From: Promethearchaeota archaeon
GTDB taxonomy: Archaea > Asgardarchaeota > Lokiarchaeia > Sigyniarchaeales > SOKP01
Length of the DNA: 64,000 nucleotides
Assembly: GCA_048939995.1 (NCBI GenBank)
Contig: JBHLOY010000001.1
Location: 64,001-128,000, forward strand
Reading direction: 5' to 3'
In this document: positions 40,916 through 51,278 of the stretch, piece by piece
Layout of the letters: every line of letters starts with the position of its first letter
Numbering within the stretch: the stretch's first letter is position 1
Program-made: the position numbers and the translations under genes
The notes under the pieces: generated by a model
What the model was told of the DNA's origin: nothing
The model's database searches: none
Seen by the model: the letters and a program-made list of their open reading frames with translations, nothing else

Positions 40916-41563
40916 TTACTCATGAATAATTAGTATTTCAGGAGTTATTGAAGGATAAAGTATTCCTAATTGTTTCCAAAAGTCAATAAATACCCATTCA
41001 TTCCCTAGTGGATACTGATCTGCTTCATGAGCTTTGCTAAATTGATAATCAAGTCGATTTTCTGAATTGAATTGCACGAAGTAGGGTTCTATAATCTTCT
41101 CTTCAGTATCAAAATAAAAAGCTATTTTTTTAATGTTCCCTTTGAATGATTGCCAATCTCCTTTTTTCTCATATTCCTCTGGATATGAACAAAATTGATC
41201 TACTTGATTACCATTAAAATATACGTAATGATACCAGACGTCAGAATCATATACTTCGATTAAAGAAACAAGGGTTTGTAATTGAATTGACGTAAATTTA
41301 CAGATTTCTTTCTCTTCAAAATGACAATTATTATAAATAACTACAGACCAATTATTTTGCATTGGATAAATTGCTGTCATCGAAATTGGCTGACTGATAA
41401 TATCATGAATATCAAAGTCTTTTTTTTGTTTAGAATCTATCCAATCAGAAAAAGACATAATTCTAGTAACCATATTAGCACGAGCCAAATATGACTTAAT
41501 TGAAGCTGTGATTTCAATTGGAGTCTTATTTTTTACTGCTGAAACAAAAAGAAATAATCCCAT
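40916..41563 (-). CDS. Hypothetical protein
   Basis: W..I, YDSDVW.., D.F.S.P, DFW..LGI.Y pattern; function unknown. Confidence 0.7.
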   Translation of the reverse strand: MGLFLFVSAVKNKTPIEITASIKSYLARANMVTRIMSFSDWIDSKQKKDFDIHDIISQPISMTAIYPMQNNWSVVIYNNCHFEEKEICKFTSIQLQTLVSLIEVYDSDVWYHYVYFNGNQVDQFCSYPEEYEKKGDWQSFKGNIKKIAFYFDTEEKIIEPYFVQFNSENRLDYQFSKAHEADQYPLGNEWVFIDFWKQLGILYPSITPEILIIHE

Positions 41564-41654
41564 ACAACTAATTTCTATATACTACTCCAATCTTTTATAA
41601 GTTAACTATTTTAACTTATTCTTCTACTATTCAATCATCAGATAAAATCGAATT

Positions 41655-43679
41655 TTATTTCCTTAATTTTAAAAATCTGGCATTAATAGCAACAATCACC
41701 GTACTTAAAGACATAAGAATGGCTCCAATAGCAGGATTTATTAATATTCCAAGACTAAATAACACTCCTGCAGCTAGAGGAATCGTGAATACGTTATATC
41801 CCGTAGCCCAGATAAGGTTTTGAATCATTTTTTTATAGGTCGCTTTACCAAATCCTATTAAAGAAGTCACATCTTTTGGATTACTATTTACTAAGATTAT
41901 ATCAGCAGTTTCAGCAGCAACATCAGTACCAGATCCAATTGCAATTCCAACATCTGCTTGAGCTAATGCAGGAGCATCATTAATTCCATCACCAGTCATT
42001 GCTACAAATTCACCTTTAGATTGTAGCTCTTTAATTTTTTCTAACTTTTCATGAGGAAGCACTTCAGCATAATATCCATCAAGATTCAACTCCTCTGAGA
42101 CTGTTTTGGCAGTTTTTTCATTGTCTCCTGTTAACATCCAACATTTAATACCCATAGACTTTAATTTCTTAATAGCATCATGAGATTCTTCCCGGATTTG
42201 ATCTGAAAGACTAATAGCACCAATTAACTTATTCTCACCAAGGATTACAAATACAATAGTATCTATTGGACCCCGTCTCATATTTTCAGGGGTAGGAATA
42301 TTCAGTTCATTTAGATAGTTTGGACTAATAACGCTAACCATCTCTCCATTGACAATTCCTTCAACTCCCTTACCTTTAATAGCTTTAAATTCTGTGGGGG
42401 ATTCCAGAGAAAGATTCATGTTGTGTGCTTTTTCAACAATTCCTTTAGCAATTGGATGTTCAGAATTTTGTTCTAACGAAGCAACTATTTGAATAATGTT
42501 CTGTTCGTTATAATTATGATTAAAAGATTGTACAACATTTACACCGAAAGTTCCTTTTGTCAATGTTCCAGTTTTATCAAATACTATAGTGGAAATTTTT
42601 CTAGATGCTTCAAAAGATGTACGATTTCGAATCAATAATCCACTTTTTGCGGAAAGGGAAGTAGAAATTGCAACAACTAATGGAATCGCTAACCCAAGTG
42701 CGTGTGGACAAGTAATAACCATCACAGTAGCCATTCTCTCTATTGAAAAATTAAAAGATTCTCCCAATAACAACCATGTTAGTAATGTAGTAAATCCAAC
42801 AGTCAATGCTATAACAGTGAGCAAAAAGGCAGCTTTATCAGCAAGTCTTTGGGTATTTGATTTAGAGGCCTGTGCGTTTCTCACTAAGTTAATAACTTTT
42901 GATAAATATGAATCTTCTCCTGTACTTTCTACTTGAATCTCAAGAGACCCATCTCCATTAACAGAACCACCAATCACCTTGTCTCCGCTTTCTTTTTCAA
43001 CAGGTACTGATTCTCCTGTTAACATAGACTCATCAATATAGCTCGAACCATTCAGAATTAAGCCATCAGATGGTATTTTCTCACCAGGTCTTATCAAAAC
43101 CTTATCTTGTATTCTTAATTTACTAATCTCAACATCCACAATCTCTCCATCTCTCATTAAATGGGCTGTTGATGGCATTAGTTCCACTAACTTCTCCAAT
43201 GCTCTAGAAGCTCCTAAAACTGATTTCATTTCAATCCAATGCCCTAAAAGCATAATATCTATCAATGTTGCTAATTCCCAGAAAAATGGAGTTCCTTCTA
43301 ATCCTAAAATTGTTGCAGCACTATAAATGTATGCAACAGAAATAGCCACGGCAATCAAAGTCATCATTCCAGGAGCTTTTTTCCTTAATTCATCTATAAT
43401 TCCTTTAAGGAATGGCCATCCACCATAAAAGAAAATGAAAGAAGCCATAATCAGAAGAATATAATCTAAACCAAGAAAGCTAAAACTAAATCCTAGCCAA
43501 CCCTGTATTGTGGGAGATAATATAAGAATGGGAACAGTGACGATTAAAGAAACATAGAATCTTCGTCGAAACTCTTTTATCATCATTCTATGATGAGCGG
43601 ATTGATCTTTATGGCTTTTATGTTCTGTCTTATTCGATACGTGAGTATTATGAGAATGCATTCGATGATTATTTTTCAA
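41655..43679 (-). CDS. copB: Copper-exporting P1B-3 ATPase (CopB type)
   Basis: His-rich N-terminus, TGES, CPHALG, DKTGT, SEHP, GDGIND, YN, MSLST. Confidence 0.93.
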   Translation of the reverse strand: MKNNHRMHSHNTHVSNKTEHKSHKDQSAHHRMMIKEFRRRFYVSLIVTVPILILSPTIQGWLGFSFSFLGLDYILLIMASFIFFYGGWPFLKGIIDELRKKAPGMMTLIAVAISVAYIYSAATILGLEGTPFFWELATLIDIMLLGHWIEMKSVLGASRALEKLVELMPSTAHLMRDGEIVDVEISKLRIQDKVLIRPGEKIPSDGLILNGSSYIDESMLTGESVPVEKESGDKVIGGSVNGDGSLEIQVESTGEDSYLSKVINLVRNAQASKSNTQRLADKAAFLLTVIALTVGFTTLLTWLLLGESFNFSIERMATVMVITCPHALGLAIPLVVAISTSLSAKSGLLIRNRTSFEASRKISTIVFDKTGTLTKGTFGVNVVQSFNHNYNEQNIIQIVASLEQNSEHPIAKGIVEKAHNMNLSLESPTEFKAIKGKGVEGIVNGEMVSVISPNYLNELNIPTPENMRRGPIDTIVFVILGENKLIGAISLSDQIREESHDAIKKLKSMGIKCWMLTGDNEKTAKTVSEELNLDGYYAEVLPHEKLEKIKELQSKGEFVAMTGDGINDAPALAQADVGIAIGSGTDVAAETADIILVNSNPKDVTSLIGFGKATYKKMIQNLIWATGYNVFTIPLAAGVLFSLGILINPAIGAILMSLSTVIVAINARFLKLRK

Positions 43680-43759
43680 TTCTTTTATTAATATACCTTT
43701 TTTAATATTTTAAAAATATTTTATTTATATTTTAGAATTAATTAGATTGAAAAATAGTT

Positions 43760-44725
43760 TTAATCTAATCCTATTTGTTCAATTACATTTCTCAGCTTTT
43801 GAGCAGAATTTTTTAAATAATATTCTTCCTCCGAATTTAGATCAAGTTTTAGTACACTTGATACACCTAATTTATTTAAAATCGCAGGTAAACCTAAATA
43901 AACATTGTTTATTCCCAAATAATCTCTTACTAGGGATGAAACAGGTAAAATCGTATTCTCATCATGTAGAATTGCTTGTGTTATTTGGGCAAGAGCTAAA
44001 CCAATTCCATATGATGTCTCACCTTTCCGTTCAATAATCTTATTTGCTGATGTTTTTACTTCTACAAATATCTGATTCAATTCTTTTTCATTATCGCAGA
44101 ATTTCTGTTTATTACAGTTTAAGCAGTAATCTTTAATTAATATACCTGCAAACATAGCACTACTCCAAACTGCTAATTCAGTATCTCCATGCTCTCCGAT
44201 AATGTAAGCATGAATATTTTGAGGATTTATATTACACTTCATTCCTAAAAGGTATCTAAACCTAGCTGTGTCTAATACAGTACCAGATCCAAAAACTTCA
44301 TTTTCAGACTTTTCTGAAAATTTATAAGTTGCATACGATAATATATCAACGGGATTTGAGACAATTAAAAATTTTGCAGAGGGAGTTATATACATTATCT
44401 CTGGAATAATCTTTTCATATAATTTTATATTATCCTTAATCAAATCAATTCTTGTCTCGTTAGGGCGCTGATTTCTTCCAGCAGTTATTACTACTAGGTC
44501 TGAATTCTCAATATCAGAATAATCACCAGCCTCAATTTTTACTGGTAATACATAAGGACCTGTATGGGATAAGTCCATTACTTCACCTTCTACCCGTTTT
44601 TTATCAATATCGACCATCACAATATGACGTACTAATCCTTTAATTATTAAAGCGTAAGCAAATCGAGTACCAACATTCCCGCATCCAATAATAGATATTT
44701 TTGGTTTCAGATTAATCATTTTCAA
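43760..44725 (-). CDS. ldh: L-lactate dehydrogenase
   Basis: GCGNVG; AGRNQRPNETR with Gln at the specificity site (LDH rather than MDH); NPVD, LDTARF, GEHGD, KG.TSYGIG. Confidence 0.88.
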   Translation of the reverse strand: MKMINLKPKISIIGCGNVGTRFAYALIIKGLVRHIVMVDIDKKRVEGEVMDLSHTGPYVLPVKIEAGDYSDIENSDLVVITAGRNQRPNETRIDLIKDNIKLYEKIIPEIMYITPSAKFLIVSNPVDILSYATYKFSEKSENEVFGSGTVLDTARFRYLLGMKCNINPQNIHAYIIGEHGDTELAVWSSAMFAGILIKDYCLNCNKQKFCDNEKELNQIFVEVKTSANKIIERKGETSYGIGLALAQITQAILHDENTILPVSSLVRDYLGINNVYLGLPAILNKLGVSSVLKLDLNSEEEYYLKNSAQKLRNVIEQIGLD

Positions 44726-44885
44726 TACCCCTTTATATTTCTTTTATAATTATTTTATTTTTAAAAGTATGTCTAGTTATTTTATGAAATCCAATTTGAT
44801 TTTTTATATTCAAGTTCTTGATATATTCATAATTTTAAACCCTTTATGTTATATTTCAAAAAAGTTATTAATGAAAAGAAATACA

Positions 44886-44911
44886 TTTAAATATATATGA
44901 TGCAATATATA
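44886..44911 (+). promoter_or_regulatory. Candidate copper-regulon promoter/operator, copy 1
   Basis: TTTAAATATATA-TGATGCAA-TATATA upstream of the His/Met peptide. Confidence 0.6.
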
Positions 44912-44968
44912 CTTAAAGGTATATACCCTCAAAAAAAAGAAAAATTAAATAAAAAAAGAGGAAGAATT

Positions 44969-45079
44969 ATGAATAAGAATGAAGAAAAAGAGCAAGAAGA
45001 TAAAGAAAAAATGGAACATATGCATGAGCATAAAGATAAAAAAGAAATGGAAAATATGCACAAACATCATGATATGTAA
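44969..45079 (+). CDS. 36-aa His/Met-rich peptide
   Basis: MNKNEEKEQEDKEKMEHMHEHKDKKEMENMHKHHDM; AGAGGA SD; internal 12-aa duplication; the ORF-track start at 44897 falls inside the operator. Confidence 0.55.
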   Translation: MNKNEEKEQEDKEKMEHMHEHKDKKEMENMHKHHDM

Positions 45080-45286
45080 TCCCATGAAGATAATGAGTTA
45101 AAAAGTTAATCTAAAAATTTTATTTTTTTTGAACTTTACTTCGGCTTAAATAATCAATTGGTTTTAAAATATTCTCCAAAGTTGATTAGAATGTACTTAT
45201 TCTAACCTTTTTCTTCGAGTTAAAAACACAATTTATGAAAAATCGTTAAATTTAGTTTAACATAAAAAAAAAAGTATTCGTAATAG

Positions 45287-45613
45287 TTATATAGTGCTTC
45301 CACAGAAGGGACAATACTTTGATGTCTCACTATCTACTTTTTCTCCGCAATTTGGGCAGAACTGCGTAGTACTATATGAATTTTCTACATCATTTTTAAC
45401 TGAAGTATTTTTTTGATAATCCTGATCGGCTATTTTAGAATTTTTATCAATATTTTCTTCGCTATGATTTCGAGATAGAAAATACAATAGAATTAAAACC
45501 ACAAAAAGAAAGAGAAGCCCTCCTAAAAGTAAATATATCCATCCATTTGGACCCAAATCCATCATATGATTCATATAATCATAACCATTATCCAAAATTA
45601 TTAACTCACCCAA
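45287..45613 (-). CDS. Small membrane protein: extracellular HMM motif, 1 TM, C-terminal zinc ribbon
   Basis: MNHMMD, TM, FCPNCG..KYCPFCG. Confidence 0.75.
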   Translation of the reverse strand: MGELIILDNGYDYMNHMMDLGPNGWIYLLLGGLLFLFVVLILLYFLSRNHSEENIDKNSKIADQDYQKNTSVKNDVENSYSTTQFCPNCGEKVDSETSKYCPFCGSTI

Positions 45614-45627
45614 TAATTATGTAAAGT

Positions 45628-45912
45628 CTATTCCCTTTTAGCTATTTCACTTGATTGCCTTTGATTGTAATTTCCTCTGATAATTAGATAAAGAACTAGA
45701 CCAAAAATATTAAAAATCAAAGCAATTATTAACCATACCTCAGAATTAATGATTCCCCTTCTTACAGCATCCCTGTGAACGTAATAGGCAATAATGACGC
45801 TAGTTATTATATAAAGACTCATTCCAAATATCATTATTAGCCATGAAAATGGACCAAATTTAGCAAACCACCAATCCATCATGTGCAAATCTCCATACGT
45901 ATTGAAATACAA
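45628..45912 (-). CDS. Small membrane protein (PLDc_N-like) with HMMDWW motif
   Basis: HMMDWW; YVHRDAVRRG..W....IFGLVLYLIIR; GAGGT SD. Confidence 0.75.
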   Translation of the reverse strand: MYFNTYGDLHMMDWWFAKFGPFSWLIMIFGMSLYIITSVIIAYYVHRDAVRRGIINSEVWLIIALIFNIFGLVLYLIIRGNYNQRQSSEIAKRE

Positions 45913-45955
45913 TTTAAGACCTCTTGTTTGACTTTTTATTGTAATATAATCTTAG

Positions 45956-45988
45956 GATATATATGTAATAGTATATATTTAAAAGTTG
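45956..45988 (-). promoter_or_regulatory. Candidate copper-regulon promoter/operator, copy 2
   Basis: GATATATATGTAATAGTATATATTTAAAAGTTG; 29/33 identical to 50678-50710. Confidence 0.75.
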
Positions 45989-46071
45989 GTATTATTAAAT
46001 ATTATGATTATCAAGTATCATGATCTAAAAATTTGGCAAATATTTCTGTCTTTAAAACAGGTAGGAAATCA

Positions 46072-46695
46072 TCATTTGGTGCCAGTAGCTATATAGTAGG
46101 AAGTTAACAATCCGGATATTTCTACTTTTGTTACATTCTTTAAGTATTGCCTCATTTTCTTCCAAGTTTCACGGGTTACGTCTTGATATGTGATTCTGAA
46201 TAGTAATTTATATATGGGATTTAAAATTACACCCTTATTCCCAGTAATGAGCTGAAAATCTAAAACAACATATTTTCCACCTTCTTTTAAGAATTCAATA
46301 GAGTTTTTCAACGAGATATCATAATCTTGAATAGATACCATCGCCCAAGTACAAAGAATAGCGTCTACTTTCTCATTCAGCTTAAAGTTTGAAGCATCCT
46401 TTTTAAGAAGACTTATGTTCTGCCATCCAAATTTGATCAGCCTATCTTCAGCTTTTTTTAACATTTCTGGAGAGTAATCCAAAGCTAAGATTTTCCCTTC
46501 CTTTCCTATTTTTCTTTCAAGATATTCAAAATTAAGACCTGTTCCACAAGCGAGATCTAGAACAGTTTCACCTTTGTTAAGTTCTAATTTCTCAACAGCT
46601 TGTTCACGAAACATTGCATCATAGCCTACTACTGAAAGTAAAATATCCCATATTTTTGCCCATCTATCCCAAATCTTGAGGTAATTATTTGTCAT
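46072..46695 (-). CDS. UbiE-like class I SAM methyltransferase
   Basis: VLDLACGTG, LDYSPEML, DA, LKEGG..LDF. Confidence 0.88.
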   Translation of the reverse strand: MTNNYLKIWDRWAKIWDILLSVVGYDAMFREQAVEKLELNKGETVLDLACGTGLNFEYLERKIGKEGKILALDYSPEMLKKAEDRLIKFGWQNISLLKKDASNFKLNEKVDAILCTWAMVSIQDYDISLKNSIEFLKEGGKYVVLDFQLITGNKGVILNPIYKLLFRITYQDVTRETWKKMRQYLKNVTKVEISGLLTSYYIATGTK

Positions 46696-46739
46696 TAAGC
46701 ATTCTGGATATAAAATATTTAATTATACTTTTTTAAAAT

Positions 46740-47297
46740 TCAAATAAAACGTCTAACTTCTCTACAATATATATCATATTCCTCTTTAAATTGCTCTTTT
46801 AACCATGGCTCTTCTGTAAAAGGAGTAAGGAAATTCCACAATATTCCTAAAATACCTGTTATCAAAGTAAAAAAAGAATTGGCAAGAATTATCAATCCGG
46901 CATATAATATTATATCAGCTAAATATTGGGGATTTCTTGAATATTTGTAAGGACCATCTTTGATTAATTTCCCTTTTAATCCAAGAGTTGAGTGAACACT
47001 TAAAGTTCTCACACCCCAGATAAGAATAAATAATCCAATTACGATTAATGATATTCCTATTGGGTAGCGAAACCAGTGTATAAAAATGAAATTTTTCCAG
47101 TCTAAAACGCTCAATATGATTGTTCCTACGAATGAGATGATTGTGACAACCCAACTGATCCAAAATTGCCATGATTTTTTACTGGGTGGAGGCCAAATTC
47201 TATATTTTGGCATGATTAATGTAAATATCAACCCTCCCACAAGCAATATGCTTGCAGTAAGAGTTATTATAAATATAATTATCGTTATAATTCCCAT
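46740..47297 (-). CDS. ICMT/PEMT-family membrane methyltransferase
   Basis: L...GPY.YSRNPQY; EE..L...F.EEY..Y...V.RF. Confidence 0.88.
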   Translation of the reverse strand: MGIITIIIFIITLTASILLVGGLIFTLIMPKYRIWPPPSKKSWQFWISWVVTIISFVGTIILSVLDWKNFIFIHWFRYPIGISLIVIGLFILIWGVRTLSVHSTLGLKGKLIKDGPYKYSRNPQYLADIILYAGLIILANSFFTLITGILGILWNFLTPFTEEPWLKEQFKEEYDIYCREVRRFI

Positions 47298-47302
47298 TAT
47301 TG

Positions 47303-47647
47303 TTATTCCCTCCTATTCTGAACGCTTTTTTTTCTGCACTCCCTCTTCATATCCTTTTCACTTAATAATCCATTATTCTCTAAGGGGATATTGAGTTCAA
47401 TTTCAGAACTTCTTATTTTTCTCATGAGTTGTCTAAGACCATAATCATTAAATATCAATTCTAGAAAATTCTGATATAGCATCTTAAGATTATCCATACA
47501 TAATTTAATAAACAGATCATTTTCTTTAGAATCCATAATATTTAGAATTGCTTGAAGCCCTTTTATGGCATCCTTAATATTTTCAAAGTTATTAATTACT
47601 TTTTCAGTCGATTCCATTGAAAATTTTGTAATTATAATAATTTTCAC
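47303..47647 (-). CDS. Hypothetical helical protein in the copA operon
   Basis: Overlaps the upstream gene (GTGA); start uncertain. Confidence 0.6.
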   Translation of the reverse strand: MKIIIITKFSMESTEKVINNFENIKDAIKGLQAILNIMDSKENDLFIKLCMDNLKMLYQNFLELIFNDYGLRQLMRKIRSSEIELNIPLENNGLLSEKDMKRECRKKSVQNRRE

Positions 47648-47892
47648 ACCCCATCTAGTTTAGATTGATTGGAATTGACCAATTTAGCTATTTTGGTTTC
47701 ATAGATTGAAAGACATCTGTAGCAACAGAAATATGAAATTTTTCCATATTTATCTCTATATCTTGGTGCCGATAGATAAGCTGGAATTCCCATACCACAT
47801 AATGTACAAGATTCATGTATATCTGCATCAGATCTTATAACTTTTCTACAAATGGGACATAATTTTTCTTTCAAAAATACAACACCTTTCAA
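47644..47892 (-). CDS. TRASH/YHS-like metal-binding protein (candidate Cu chaperone) with an extra CxxC-H
   Basis: CPIC..H..CTLCGM..YFCCYRC; true start probably TTG 47874. Confidence 0.75.
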   Translation of the reverse strand: MKGVVFLKEKLCPICRKVIRSDADIHESCTLCGMGIPAYLSAPRYRDKYGKISYFCCYRCLSIYETKIAKLVNSNQSKLDGV

Positions 47893-47931
47893 GCATTTTA
47901 ACTTAAAAAATTAAAAAAAATATTTTTATTA

Positions 47932-48099
47932 TTAAATAATACTCATTTGGTGACCACAGTGCTCAGGGATGGGTTTAGTTCCACAGTGAGATCCCATCCA
48001 ACAAATCAATTTATCGCCTTCTTTATGCATAACTACACCACAATGTTGTGGTATATCCATTTCATAACCACACATAGAACATTTTAACTTTTCCATCAT
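47932..48099 (-). CDS. Unannotated 55-aa Cys/His/Met-rich metalloprotein
   Basis: MMEKLKCSMCGYEMDIPQHCGVVMHKEGDKLICWMGSHCGTKPIPEHCGHQMSII*; AGAGGTG SD; 21 bp downstream of copA. Confidence 0.85.
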   Translation of the reverse strand: MMEKLKCSMCGYEMDIPQHCGVVMHKEGDKLICWMGSHCGTKPIPEHCGHQMSII

Positions 48100-48120
48100 A
48101 ATACACCTCTTTTTTTAATT

Positions 48121-50622
48121 TTAATTACTATAATTTGGAAGTATTTTTGACCTGCGAAGGAGATTTGCATTAGATACTACCGTTATCGAACTTGTAGCCA
48201 TAGCTATTTCCGCAATCAGTGGATGAGCTAATCCTAGCATGGCAGCTGGTAATGCTATTAAATTATAAAAGAATGCCCAAAACAAATTTTGTTTGATTTT
48301 CTTAAAAGTATTTTTTGATAATTTTATTGCTGAAATGACTCCAGATAAGTTTCCACTAACTAATGTAATATCTGCTGATTCAATAGCGATATCTGTTCCA
48401 GTGCCAATTGCTATTCCTACATTAGCAGCCGTTAAAGCAGGAGCATCATTAATTCCATCACCTACCATAGCTACTTGTTTTCCACTCTCTTGTAATCTTA
48501 GAATCTCATTTACTTTTTCATCTGGTAACACCTCCGCTATAACTTGTGAAATACCTATTTTTTTTGCAATTGCTTCTGCTGTACGTTCATTATCTCCTGT
48601 TAACATGACGGTTTGTATTCCAAAATCTTCCAATTCTTTAATAGCAGGTATTGAGTCCTCTTTGATTGTGTCTGCTATTGCTAAAATTCCAGCTAATTCA
48701 TTATTAACTGAAACTAAGATCACCGTCTTAGCCTCGCTTTCTAAGGTTTCAATTTTATGATTATAACTTTTATAGTCAATATCATTCTCAATCATCAATT
48801 TCTTACTGCCTATAAGAATTGATTTTTCAGCACTTAAGGCAATTTTTGCTTGAACACCCTTGCCTGTCAAGGATTCAAAATTACTAATATTGAATAAATC
48901 AAAATTATAATCCTTTGATTTCCTCAAAATAGCATCTGCTAATGGATGTTCAGATCCAGCCTCGACGCTTGCAGCATATTTCAGCACCATTTCAGTTGAG
49001 AAATTCTCTGTTGTAATTATGTCAGTCACTTCAGGTGTTCCTTTTGTAATAGTTCCGGTTTTATCAAATACAATAGTGTTTATTCCTCGTAAAGTTTGGA
49101 TAGCCTCACCATGTCGAATGAGAATTCCATGTTCCGCACCCATCCCACTCCCAACCATTAATGCTGTGGGAGTTGCTAATCCAAGAGCGCAAGGGCATGC
49201 TATAATAAGTGTAGCTATTAAAGTTAAAAACGCAAGAGTTATAATGTTTAGACTAGGATCCACCCAAGGTATAAATTGTTGTACCGCAGCTAAAATTGAC
49301 GTTAAAGGCAAAAATATCCAAATTATGAATGCGACTACAGCAAGAAGCAAAACCACTGGCACAAAATAACTTGTAATTCTGTCTGCAAATTTCTGTATAG
49401 GAATTTTTGATCCTTGAGTTTCTTCCACCAATTTAATAACTTGAGACAAAAATGTATCTTCACCGACTTTAGTGGCCTTCACTTTCAGTAATCCTCTTTG
49501 ATTAATTGTAGCTCCAATTACTTCATCTCCAACTTTCTTCTTAACAGGCATCGACTCTCCAGTCGCCATTGATTCGTCTATAGCACTTTGGCCCTCAATA
49601 ATGATTCCATCTGTAGGTATTTTTTCTCCTGGTTTTACAATCATAATATCATTTTCTTTTAGCTGTTCAATTGGTATCTCAACTTCTTTTCCATCTACTA
49701 AAATAAAGGCACTTTTTGCTCCAAGCTCTAGTAATTTACGAATTGCTTGGGAAGCCCTTCCTTTAGCTTTAGTTTCAATATATCTTCCTGTTAGATGAAA
49801 AGTCATTATCATTGCAGCTACTCCTGAGTAGTTGAAAAGAGGTGAAATATAGGATAAAGGACCGGTTATAAATGCCGAAATTGTTCCAAGAGCAATTAAT
49901 ACATCCATATTTGCATTAAGATGACGCACAGCTTTAAAAGCTGAGATGTAAGTACTGTATCCCACTATAAATAGGGGAAATAAGGATAACAGGATTATTC
50001 CGAAATTATATATGAATTCATCTGGCCAATAAATCCCTCCAATCATTTCTACAAGCATCCAACCAATTATAGGTACTGTAAAAATCCAAGAAATTAACAT
50101 TCTTCTTTTAGCAATTCTATATTTTTTCTCTTCTTGTTCTATCTCACGATCATATTTTGACTTTCCTGAAACTTTTTCTTCAATATCCAAAGCACGGTAT
50201 CCTGTATTATTTATTATTGCAAGCATATCATCATATCCCAATTCATCTGTATCATATACAATCGTGGCTTTTTCTGTCGCTATATTTACAGTTGCACTTA
50301 TTATACCTTCACTTTTCTTAAGTGCCGATTCTACAGTTTGAGCGCAAGATGCACATGTCATACCTTCAATTTTTACGACAATTTTAGTTGAATTTGGTAT
50401 CGCTCCATAACCAGTGTTATTCACAATTTCTATAATTTCTGATTTTTTTATTATCTTAGGATCGTAGGTGAAATAGGCTTTTTCAGAGGCTAAATTAACA
50501 TTTGCATCTCTAATTCCTTCATGCTTGCTAAGTGCTTTTTCGATAGTCTGAGCACATGATGCGCAATGCATTCCTTGTATGTTTAGAAAGGTTACTTTTC
50601 CTTCTTCAACTTTTTCTACCAT
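48121..50622 (-). CDS. copA: Cu(I)-exporting P1B-1 ATPase with two HMA domains
   Basis: GMHCASC, GMTCASC, TGES, CPCALG, DKTGT, SEHP, GDGIND, YN, MATSS. Confidence 0.95.
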   Translation of the reverse strand: MVEKVEEGKVTFLNIQGMHCASCAQTIEKALSKHEGIRDANVNLASEKAYFTYDPKIIKKSEIIEIVNNTGYGAIPNSTKIVVKIEGMTCASCAQTVESALKKSEGIISATVNIATEKATIVYDTDELGYDDMLAIINNTGYRALDIEEKVSGKSKYDREIEQEEKKYRIAKRRMLISWIFTVPIIGWMLVEMIGGIYWPDEFIYNFGIILLSLFPLFIVGYSTYISAFKAVRHLNANMDVLIALGTISAFITGPLSYISPLFNYSGVAAMIMTFHLTGRYIETKAKGRASQAIRKLLELGAKSAFILVDGKEVEIPIEQLKENDIMIVKPGEKIPTDGIIIEGQSAIDESMATGESMPVKKKVGDEVIGATINQRGLLKVKATKVGEDTFLSQVIKLVEETQGSKIPIQKFADRITSYFVPVVLLLAVVAFIIWIFLPLTSILAAVQQFIPWVDPSLNIITLAFLTLIATLIIACPCALGLATPTALMVGSGMGAEHGILIRHGEAIQTLRGINTIVFDKTGTITKGTPEVTDIITTENFSTEMVLKYAASVEAGSEHPLADAILRKSKDYNFDLFNISNFESLTGKGVQAKIALSAEKSILIGSKKLMIENDIDYKSYNHKIETLESEAKTVILVSVNNELAGILAIADTIKEDSIPAIKELEDFGIQTVMLTGDNERTAEAIAKKIGISQVIAEVLPDEKVNEILRLQESGKQVAMVGDGINDAPALTAANVGIAIGTGTDIAIESADITLVSGNLSGVISAIKLSKNTFKKIKQNLFWAFFYNLIALPAAMLGLAHPLIAEIAMATSSITVVSNANLLRRSKILPNYSN

Positions 50623-50677
50623 TTTTTCTTCCTTTGTCCATTAATTTTTAATTAAATTTTAAAAAATATTATTCTGA

Positions 50678-50710
50678 GATATATATGGAGGAGTATATAT
50701 TTAAATGTTG
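50678..50710 (-). promoter_or_regulatory. Candidate copper-regulon promoter/operator, copy 3 (copA promoter)
   Basis: GATATATATGGAGGAGTATATATTTAAATGTTG, between copA and the divergent regulator. Confidence 0.75.
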
Positions 50711-50808
50711 CTATTTGAAAATATATATTTATAAATTATAACAACAATTATTAATACAATGAATTTCTATTATTAAACCAAGAAATACGAAATTAAGGAG
50801 TTTTTTAA

Positions 50809-51246
50809 TTGAGTGATACTATAAAAATTCAAAATCTCACAAAATTTTATACCATAACGTTATTAAAGTCAAAAAAATCGGTTAGTGGGTACTATATTTT
50901 AAAACAACTCAAGTCGGATTTAGGGATAACTGCAAGTCCAACATATATATACAACTTCTTGAATAAGCTTCAAAAAGAAGGATATATTGAACCCACCCCA
51001 AATCCCAAATCAAAAAAGTCGAAAGGATTTCAATTAACTTCATTAGGGAATGAATTTACTGAGCATATTTTTCAACGTTTTAGTAATTTAATAGAAGCTG
51101 CTATAGAATCAAAATTGGAAGTTTGTGCAAGCTGTGGAGTAAAATTGTATAATGATTTTCATACTGAAAAAATTGGAGCAAAAGAGATGAAATTTTGTTG
51201 TATACACTGCGCAAAAGCATATAAAAATTCTCATCAAAAGAAATAA
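50809..51246 (+). CDS. PadR-like wHTH regulator with C-terminal TRASH domain (CopT/CopR analogue)
   Basis: SGY.I...L....SPTYIY.FL..L...GYI...F.LT..G; CASCG..FCCIHCA; divergent from copA. Confidence 0.88.
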   Translation: MSDTIKIQNLTKFYTITLLKSKKSVSGYYILKQLKSDLGITASPTYIYNFLNKLQKEGYIEPTPNPKSKKSKGFQLTSLGNEFTEHIFQRFSNLIEAAIESKLEVCASCGVKLYNDFHTEKIGAKEMKFCCIHCAKAYKNSHQKK

Positions 51247-51278
51247 TTTATCTTATCCTCTATTCAACAAATTTAGCT

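Noticed and set aside
44897-44968. Longer 60-aa version of the His/Met peptide
   Set aside because: That start lies inside the TATA/operator motif; the SD precedes ATG 44969
46740-47297. ICMT acting on prenylated small GTPases
   Set aside because: Neither GTPase in the window has a CaaX/CC terminus, and the gene context is the copper operon
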